DNA of 32,000 nt, from positions 690,001 through 722,000 of the forward strand of contig OY970357.1 in the NCBI GenBank assembly GCA_963718585.1. The letters are read 5' to 3'. The first letter of the stretch is position 1. Each line of letters begins with the position of its first letter. The position numbers and the translations under genes were made by a program. The stretch comes from Candidatus Saccharimonadota bacterium (GTDB lineage Bacteria; Patescibacteriota; Patescibacteriia; 2-12-FULL-60-25). This document shows positions 18,794 to 25,763 of this stretch, in pieces. A model generated the notes under the pieces. That model ran no database searches, had not been told where the DNA came from, and worked only from the letters and a program-made list of their open reading frames with translations.

Positions 18794-18815
18794 GTCCTAT
18801 TCGCGCGAATAAGAC
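18794..18815. repeat. Palindrome P10
   Basis: GTCCTATTCG-CG-CGAATAAGAC, with 1 mismatch and a left flank of CATACCA. A degenerate copy CTCATTCGTCCGATTGAA lies at 18760-18777. Confidence 0.85.
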
Positions 18816-18977
18816 CAATAACGGAGAACACCGGATGGTTCCGGTGAAGCTCTCGGGTGACTATTCGCCAAGGCGGAAGTGATGCGAGGCCCAAGAAGAA
18901 GATGTCGGAAGTCGTTCTCTTCACTTGTGAACACTTCTACTATACGGGAAATCGGGGGAAATGTCAGAGAATCGAGC

Positions 18978-19930
18978 TTAGGCCCTGGACTCACGTGTCT
19001 TCACCTGAAAATAACATTTTTCACAATATCCCTTTGCATAGTGTCGGATTGTGCTTAATTTGCATTTCTTGCAGGATGCATGATCTCGACTCCATTGATT
19101 TGGACGAAGTTTGTTTGATTCATAGATCTTTGTCATCTCTAACATACAGCTATGCATCCTAGCACTTTTGAAATTTTCTAAAGCATGATTTTTCTTGTCT
19201 CCAATATGTAGCATCGTAGCAAATCGTGGTGCTTATTTTTTCTGTATTCGTCCCTGCCAATTCCACACGATTCACACTTCTGACCAGCACGATCCATAGC
19301 CAGCTCACGGTTTCCACCGAGATTCTTTAACATCTCTATAACAATTTTTACAGAAACCTTCTTTAAAATGTTTTAAATCGATTTGTTCCGCAGTTTCTGC
19401 ATGTTGTATGAATTTTTATTCCATCTTTTTTTTTCTTCTCGTTCCAAAATCAACAATTTCCTGTGTATGCCTCCGGGTACATTTCTGAAAGCACTGCCAA
19501 GAGCGTCAGCACCATAATCTCGATAAAAAAGCACGAGCGCTTGTATATTTGTTGATTATTTCTAGCAGCTCATCTTTCTTCGCATGCCGAGCTTCTGCAT
19601 ACATTCGCCGCTTTCTCTATTTCGGTATGAATTTTCTTTTGCGCACCTAAAAAAACATCTAAATCCACGGTATAGCCTTGCGATGCGTGCGCCTCAATTT
19701 CTTTCATCCACGAAGATTGGATCAGCTGGCGGAGTCTGTTCGCGGGTGAGTGAATATTTGTTTCCGATTTCAGCCAAACTAAAACCTTGACGAATAATTA
19801 GATCGATCATCTCGTGTCTTCGTTCATCAACTGCGGGCGTTGAATTCGTGCGTGTCACTTCTTTCATCAGCTGGGTTTCCGGGTCCAGGATGATACGCCT
19901 ACCATCTGTTAGAAACGCTCGCAAGTTCAT
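18978..19930 (-). pseudogene. Degraded sigma-r4-like HTH / double Zn-ribbon / HNH endonuclease gene (at least 4 frame changes)
   Basis: The fragments sit in three frames. They are ..MIDLIIRQGFSLAEIGNKYSLTRE then RVRQLIQSSW.. (HTH); ..TCRNCGTN.. and ..HFKEGFCKNCYRDV; ..GQKCESCGIGRDEYRKNKHHDL..; and LHIGDKKNHALENFK.. plus ..CKKCKLSTIRHYAKGYCEKCY (track ORF 18978..19214). Confidence 0.5.
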
Positions 19931-19975
19931 CTGCTGCAGGTCGTGAGGACCTCTTGAAGTAATTCATTCAGACGC

Positions 19976-20191
19976 CTATCCACATTCGAGAGCATGAAAT
20001 TTTTCCGGATCAAGTCTTTCAAGTTCGAAGAGCATGTCTTTTTGAAAAATTTCAAGATAACGATTAAACAGAAAAGTTCTCCATTGAAGTGAATCTGCCT
20101 TGTATTTTTCGAGTATATTTTTAGCCATTAAATTGGCGGTATTGCTCATCCAATAAATCCCCTCTTGGATATCCTGCTTGCGCTGATACAC
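19976..20191 (-). CDS. Hypothetical 71-aa ORF, possibly the tail of a fragmented gene
   Basis: Track ORF only; GTG start; ..NTANLMAKNILEKYKADSLQWRTFLFNRYLEIFQKDMLFELERLDPEKF... No motif recognised. Confidence 0.3.
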   Translation of the reverse strand: MYQRKQDIQEGIYWMSNTANLMAKNILEKYKADSLQWRTFLFNRYLEIFQKDMLFELERLDPEKFHALECG

Positions 20192-20628
20192 GACATAATC
20201 TCTTGGACTTGTTCAGGTATCACGTCGGTCTGGTCAAACCCAATGGATCCTTGTCATGTGCAGACGGCAGAGACCCGTTTGAGATTTCTCGCCCTTCGTG
20301 CCGAGGTAGTTCTCTGCTTCGCCAGAAGCTACCTTCAGAGCAATCATCGCTTCATGCGGACCGATCTGTGCAGACGAACTTCCCTAAGGCGCCGAGCTCT
20401 TTGCCGATCACGAATCTGTTAATCAGCGGCGACGGACGTGCCTTCGATAGAAATCTTTAGCGTATCGGAATGCAGCACGACGGATGTAGTTTTCAGAGCT
20501 CGATTTTGGGTTCGACTCGGTTCCGAGCTTCAATGTGGCACCGATTGGCACCACATTCCGGACAAAGTACCTTGACCGTAATAGGATGACGAACGTTGAG
20601 CGGAATATCGGCGGCGGGAAATTTAAAC

Positions 20629-22032
20629 TCAACTGGCGATGCAGGCAGGCGCAGTCAGATGTCTGCCTGAATGACCCCCTCCACTGCCACCGCCTCCGGC
20701 TCCACCCTGAACCCCGCCCAGAACCTCACCGATGATTTTTTTCATCAATTTATCTTTCCAGGCGTTCAATAATTCATTGTATTTAGTAGAAATATTTTTT
20801 TGAACCTCTTCGGTTTCTTTTCTCTCCTTATCCGCAATCTTAAGCGCCAAAGACTCTACTTGATCCGCAATCCATTTCAACAAGGCCCTCGTAAGCTCAT
20901 TGTCTGCTAACTTTATACGGTCATTCTTTACACAGTCATGTTCCTTGCTCTCAAGAATTTCACAGCCCGAAAGTTCACCCCAAATATGTGAAGCCTGAGG
21001 AAAATTCTTTACTCCGAGCTCTTGCAATGCATAACTTGCAATAACAGCCTCTTCACCCTGAATATCAATTCTGTTCAGTTCACTGAACTTCGAATTTTCC
21101 AAGGCCTGATCGGATACATGCAGTAAGAGCCTCCCAGGTGCATATTTTTTAGTACCGACTTCCACCGCACCTTCACCGTCCTTGCTCGCATAGGGTAGCT
21201 CGTAAGGTACTTCGATCGGAGATGGCTGTTCAAAATCTTCATATGGCTCCAACTCATCCGGAAGCAGTCTTGCGAATAAAGATTCATTATTTTGAAATAC
21301 GGAAAAATTTATCCGAGGCAACACTCTCATCAGCTGAGGATGATTACGGAGTCGCTCACAATACTTAACACCAGGCAATGGAACCCCACGCTTGCCAGCA
21401 GTTGGCACTGGATCATAACCTCTCACAACGGTAAATCCCGCAAGCCCTTTTTCTAATTTTTTTATGATATTTTTTGAGATAACACGCTCATCAATACGCG
21501 CTATGTGCAGCGCTTTCTGAAAATCAATTTTTTCATCTTGGTGTCCTTCGGCAAATCCGTAACGCTTATGTTTATTAAATCCGAAGATGTTTAGACGACC
21601 GTCTTTATAGGTAATAAAGTCGGAATGCCGAAACATTTGACGCATATAGAATTTTCCACCATTACCATGTCCACCGAGGGTTTTCTTGTTGGTTCCACGA
21701 CCTGCGGCGACCGCACTTCCCCATTTTTTAAAATCAGCCTCTATCCTCGCTTTTGTCGTTCCGACAAAATCAACGCGAGTAATCGCTTGCTCACCGTCGA
21801 GATTATCATCAAAACTTAAAATAATATGCCTTTCAGCATCGGGTACATCGGAAATCGTGTATGCATCCATCGAGTTCTTGATCCACTCGGCGATACCTTT
21901 CGGATGGTCAAATCTAAAATCCTGACCCCATAAATCCAAAACACGCTCAGCGTCCATTTCCGTGGCCACTTCCTTGATCGTAAATCCAGTTTTTTTAGGC
22001 ATATATTCGTAAATAAGATCAGTTGAAGCCAC
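20629..22032 (-). CDS. GHKL-superfamily (HATPase_c_3 / MORC-paraMORC-like) ATP-binding protein, 467 aa
   Basis: N-box-like GIAEWIKNSMDAY, G1-like RVDFVGTT and G2-like LGGHGNGGKFYMRQMF are followed by a long middle region, a KERKETEEVQKNISTKYNELLNAWKDKL helix and a GGVQGGAGGGGSGGG tail. The start is the GTG at 22032 or the ATG at 22002. Confidence 0.7.
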   Translation of the reverse strand: MASTDLIYEYMPKKTGFTIKEVATEMDAERVLDLWGQDFRFDHPKGIAEWIKNSMDAYTISDVPDAERHIILSFDDNLDGEQAITRVDFVGTTKARIEADFKKWGSAVAAGRGTNKKTLGGHGNGGKFYMRQMFRHSDFITYKDGRLNIFGFNKHKRYGFAEGHQDEKIDFQKALHIARIDERVISKNIIKKLEKGLAGFTVVRGYDPVPTAGKRGVPLPGVKYCERLRNHPQLMRVLPRINFSVFQNNESLFARLLPDELEPYEDFEQPSPIEVPYELPYASKDGEGAVEVGTKKYAPGRLLLHVSDQALENSKFSELNRIDIQGEEAVIASYALQELGVKNFPQASHIWGELSGCEILESKEHDCVKNDRIKLADNELTRALLKWIADQVESLALKIADKERKETEEVQKNISTKYNELLNAWKDKLMKKIIGEVLGGVQGGAGGGGSGGGHSGRHLTAPACIAS

Positions 22033-22601
22033 GTATCGTCTGCTGAGATTTCTGGATTAAAAAATCGTGATACTTTCGCAGTGTCGGTAGAATCGTATCC
22101 TGTTCATGACTTTCCTCTGTTTCGCGTAACGCGGTCTCAATTACCTTTAAACGACCTTGAAACTCTGAGGGAGACATTCGAACGTTGGTACCGAGATGAG
22201 AATATAAATCTCCCTCGACGCATCTACATTCGCTTTGCCTTCAATAAATAATTGAAGACCCTCTGTTTTTTTCATGCGATTGATCTCGACCAAAGAAGAG
22301 CGGGTGAAACGACTGTCTCCCTTTTGCTTCTTACCGATCGTCACCTCTTGCAATTGAGCGGCAGCATCAATACCACTAGAAGTTAAAGAGAATATCTTGT
22401 TATTCGCCCTCACAAATCCTTTTGATTTGAGAGCGGAATAAAGCGGCTTATGCACTAGATCTCCTGTATCTGGATATTGAACATACCCCCTTAGTATGGA
22501 ATTTGCTCAGGAAACAATTGAAATACTTTTACAACTATATCCTCGTATTTCAAGTTTTTGGCAGTTCCTCCGGACAAGCTGAACATGGCGAGGAGAATCA
22601 T
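22019..22601 (-). CDS. Winged-helix-like protein of unknown function (~190 aa after two frame corrections at about 22486-22490 and 22209-22218)
   Basis: Three pieces in different frames join up. The first, from the ATG at 22601, is MILLAMFSLSGGTAKNLKYEDIVVKVFQLFPEQ. The second is LRGYVQYPDTGDLVHKPLYSALKSKGFVRANNKIFSLTSSGIDAAAQL.. (track ORF 22147..22455). The third, unlisted, is GDLYSHLGTNVRMSPSEFQGRLKVIETALRETEESHEQDTILPTLRKYHDFLIQKSQQTIRGFN*, ending at 22019. Confidence 0.5.
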
Positions 22602-22646
22602 TTCCGGCTTGGCATTGAGACGTGTGCAGCCGCGGCATTCATAATT

Positions 22647-22874
22647 TTACAATTTAAAATCACCGCCGTTTTTTGCACTGATGAATTTCTCTTTGGCCAA
22701 TCTCAACTCTCGTTCAAGAACCGTAAACATTTTTCTGACTTGTTCGTCTCCGTAAGTATATTGGCGAGTGTTCGACAAATTTCCAAGTGTTTTGAGGCGC
22801 TTTAAGATCTCGGAAACTCGAGCCGTCGCCAGTCTCTTAAAGTTCTCCTCCTTAGTTTCAATCTTTTCTCTCAT
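22647..22874 (-). CDS. Small helical protein of unknown function (75 aa), first gene of the GHKL operon
   Basis: Track ORF MREKIETKEENFKRLATARVSEILKRLKTLGNLSNTRQYTYGDEQVRKMFTVLERELRLAKEKF.., with a strong promoter upstream. Confidence 0.6.
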   Translation of the reverse strand: MREKIETKEENFKRLATARVSEILKRLKTLGNLSNTRQYTYGDEQVRKMFTVLERELRLAKEKFISAKNGGDFKL

Positions 22875-22912
22875 ACGGGGTTACTATAAATGTATAGAAT
22901 TATACGAAAATA

Positions 22913-22941
22913 CTTATACAATAATTATATATATTTGTCAA
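22913..22941 (-). promoter_or_regulatory. Sigma70-like promoter of the GHKL operon
   Basis: The minus strand reads TTGACA (22941-22936), spacer AATATATATAATTATTG (17 nt), TATAAG (22918-22913), within a 237-bp very AT-rich spacer. Confidence 0.55.
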
Positions 22942-23111
22942 GAGTTCGTAAATTATTCACGAAATATTACATCATTTCTATTAAAAATAAGCTTTAAATA
23001 TAAGCGCGTACGTATATTTTCAGTCACCTTGAATAGATCAACTGATTAGGAACTCATGTCGCCCCCATAACTCCAAACCTTACAATAAATTTTTTTAAGT
23101 ATTCAAAAAGT

Positions 23112-23495
23112 CTAGAATGGGATCGAGCCAAAATACTTTTTCTTTTTCAAACGATGATCCCATACTCTCATCGTTTTCCAATCCATCTTATTTAGAGCCC
23201 TTAAATTCCTTCTATCTCGTCGAATATTGGCTTCAATTTTCTTTCTCCAAAATGGAGAGAGTTTTCTTTTGGTTTTCTGGTACCCCCAGCCATGCCAAAA
23301 ACCTCCCTCAATAAATACCGCTTTCTTTGTAGCGGGTATCGCAACATCGGGTGACCCAGGCACAAATTTATAATGCCTTCTAAATCGAATGCCCCGTTTT
23401 ACGAGGTCGGTATATACCAAAAGCTCCAATGAGGTATTTTTGCCTTTAATGTTTGACATTATCTCACTGCGTTTCTTTTTGCTGAAAACGTCCAT
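23112..23495 (-). CDS. vsr: Very-short-patch repair endonuclease (Vsr) homologue
   Basis: ..KKKRSEIMSNIKGKNTSLELLVYTDLVKRGIRFRRHYKFVPGSPDVAIPATKKAVFIEGGFWHGWGY..FWRKKIEANIRRDRRNLRALNKMDWKTMRVWDH.. follows the Vsr pattern RS..MS.I....T..E......G.R.R.......G.PD......A.F..G.FWH. Confidence 0.85.
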   Translation of the reverse strand: MDVFSKKKRSEIMSNIKGKNTSLELLVYTDLVKRGIRFRRHYKFVPGSPDVAIPATKKAVFIEGGFWHGWGYQKTKRKLSPFWRKKIEANIRRDRRNLRALNKMDWKTMRVWDHRLKKKKYFGSIPF

Positions 23496-23612
23496 ATCGT
23501 GATAGGCTTAGTCGAATCATCAAGCCCATGCCGAATCTGCAAACCATTGAAATTGACGGGAAGGGAAAATCAGAAAATTAAACAGGTAAAGTCTATTGCC
23601 GCCGTTTTTCCG

Positions 23613-24388
23613 ATGATACCCGACGAAGTTGAGATAAAACCAGCGCTAAGCCTTATCGAGGCACGCGTCCAAAAAGAAGCGGATTCAGCGGGTTGCACGA
23701 TTCATCAGGGTGCGTTCAATAATGTACGGGGTGAATGGTTCGAATTGTTTCTGAATTCTAGATTTTACAATCTTTCGAAGAAAAACGGCCGGTACTGTAT
23801 TTTCAGCATCCCCAACGTGAATTCAACCCCATTCGTCGAATTCTTCAACACGGAAGTCGTAGAGCGATTGAAGGAGCTTGAAACCAATCTCCGCAAACAA
23901 GATATCGAGCTTCAAATGTCGAATCCGGATTTTCTTTGCGTCGATTTATCCAAAGTGGAACCTGATGTCTCCAAAGAGGCACTGAGTCACGAACGTTTGA
24001 AATTGTTTGATGAAGATAGCGCACAATTTTTAAATGACCTTCATAAAATTTTTATAGGAAATGTTCGTTCGATGCGATCAAGTTCGCAATTTCCGCAAAA
24101 ACATCAGTCCGACCCGATCGCCGGTATCAATTCGTTCATGAAGGAAACATCATTAAGGCATTCACCGCACATTTGCAAACGAGATTCTGGAGAAACGATT
24201 TCGAAATAAAATATTTCGCTATCATGAATGAAGAACCGACCGATGCCGACCGAGAAGTATTGAAAACAGCCGCACTTTCTTCAATCACGAACGTTTTTTC
24301 AAGCTCGGTCCGCGCCGTTGACGGTATCTTTTGGATACAAAAACTCAGCGATATAGACGCCTTCATTAAAAAGGCCCTCGTCTCATAG
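23613..24388 (+). CDS. Type II restriction endonuclease of the Cfr10I/NgoMIV (CCGG-core) family; frame change at the A-run 24059-24061
   Basis: Frame 1 (track ORF 23499..24209; the likely start is the ATG at 23613) reads ..RGEWFELFL..LQMSNPDFLCVDL..FLNDLHKIFIG. The +2 frame reads KCSFDAIKFAISAKTSVRPDRRYQFVHEGNIIKAF.. and runs to the TAG at 24388 (track ORF 24173..24388). Together they give PD ... S-x-K with Glu 14 residues after the Lys, and K-x3-R-x-D-R. Confidence 0.7.
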
Positions 24389-25761
24389 CTTTTCAACCCG
24401 ATCGAGTTGTTTGATTGCTTTTTTCATTTGTAACCCCACTACTCTTGCCAATACGGGCGGTACTGCATTTCCAATTTGTTCACCGATCGTCTTAAGACCG
24501 CCTACATATTGATAATCCAGCGGAAACGTCTAGAGTACCGCCATTTCTATCGTATTCAAGCCTCGATTTTCGGAAGGATGGATATATCTGCCCTTTGTCG
24601 GATTGTAACCGCACGTCCGAATCGTAACCGACGGTTCATTCCACCTCAAACGACCGAACGTGTCTTGACCTTGATATTTTCCACTCTTCCAGCAATCGGG
24701 CAGCATGCGAGCGGGTAAATTTTTGAAGTTACCACCTTCCGGAATCATGGAGATACGTTTCACCATCTCGTCCGAATGGTTCATGGAGCAACAATCTTTT
24801 TTCTTATCCGATCTTTCGGAATGGTTTTAAAAGCTTCTCGCACAGTAACCCACTTCGATATTCCTACATCCGAATTTCTCGAATGTGTGGGTTCCGGAAA
24901 CTCCGGGACAACACCGATCGGCAACCGATCACGAATAATCGTTTACGCTTCTGCGGAGCGCCATAATCCGCGGCAAGTAAAAGCTTGGAGTTAACCGCAT
25001 ATCCGATGCGTGAATGCCTTCTCAAGCGTTTCAATGACGGTTTTATGCTTACTTTGCGTCAAACCTTCCACGTTTTCAAAAATAAATCCCTTCGGTTTGA
25101 TTTCCCTGACGAGTCTGATAAAATCCTGAAAAAGAGTTCCGCGTGAGTCTTTAACGCCTTTTTTCATTCCCATGTTACTGAAAGGTTGACAGGGAGCGCC
25201 TCCGACTACCAACGCGGTTTCTCCGACCCGTAACCCGGCTCTTTTTAAAATGAAGTCCGAAGTAATCTTCGTGACATCACCGTTGAAATCATCAATAGGA
25301 TCCCAATTAGGACGATTTAATCGTATTGTTTCTCGAAAAACGGGATTGAACTCAACTGAAACAACCGTTTCAAACCCTGCCTGTTCGAGACCTATGTCCA
25401 TCCCGCCGGCACCGGTAAAAAGACTCACAACCGGCAAATTCGGTAGTTTTTTTACCTTACGAATTTTTTTATCATGCTCAAAAAAATTCGATCGACGAAG
25501 GAATCTTACGAACGCCGTCGGATCAGATGATGCGGCTCTAACGATATCCGAAGGCAGGTAACCGGCAAGCACCGACCATTCGTCGGCATCTGCCTGTAGC
25601 GCTCCGGCGAGACGGAGTATCAGATCTTTTGAAGGCTTGATGTGTTCGTTCTCGATCTTACTTAAATACGAGTAATCTATCTCGAGTTCGGCTGCAAGTG
25701 TTTTGATGCCGACCTCGAGTTCCGCTCGTCTTGTTCTGATCGCTCCTCCTAAAGTGCTCAT
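24383..25761 (-). pseudogene. XRE-HTH-fused C5 DNA cytosine methyltransferase, disrupted by 3 frame changes and one in-frame TAG
   Basis: The HTH is LGGAIRTRRAELEVGIKTLAAELEIDYSYLSKIENEHIKPS. The MTase motifs are SLFTGAGGMDIGL (I), GGAPCQPFS (IV) and FENV (VI). IGYAVNSKLLLAADYGAPQKRKRLFVIG (VIII) follows after a shift near 25005. Further shifts lie near 24925 and 24795. The 3-prime part reads ..RLRWNEPSVTIRT..IHPSENRGLNTIEMAVL-TAG-TFPLDYQYVGGLKTIGEQIGNAVPPVLA.., with the TAG at 24530-24532. Confidence 0.8.
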
Positions 25762-25763
25762 AT

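Noticed and set aside
15916-18815. The palindrome family read as a CRISPR array or as integron attC sites.
   Set aside because: - Against CRISPR: spacing is irregular (70-690 bp), the units are self-complementary with variable arms, and genes sit between them.
- Against attC: conservation is central rather than at the outer R/R-prime cores, there is no GTTRRRY, the loops are only 2 nt, and no integrase is present.
18133-18994. ORFs 18133..18882+ (249 aa), 18264..18764- (166 aa), 18730..18924- and 18797..18994-.
   Set aside because: They run through or antisense to the ArsR-2 gene and the palindrome and polypyrimidine tracts. They repeatedly translate the palindrome as ..IRANK../..YSRE.. and have no start context.
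22599-22649. The 75-aa ORF and the wHTH ORF are in the same frame, separated by a single TAA (22647-22649), which could mean readthrough or one larger protein.
   Set aside because: The 15 codons between them (NYECRGCTRLNAKPE) look like spacer, and a good ATG (22601) starts the second protein at a sensible N-terminus. Nothing suggests programmed readthrough.
24530-24532. Stop-codon reassignment (TAG as Gln in the island, or TGA as Gly as in some CPR lineages) as the explanation for in-frame stops.
   Set aside because: There is only one in-frame TAG at a Gln position. TAG, TAA and TGA all terminate well-defined genes both in the island (R ends in TAG, the 71-aa ORF in TAG, the 159-aa ORF in TAA) and in the flanks (ATGA and GTGA overlaps). 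A nonsense mutation is the simpler explanation.
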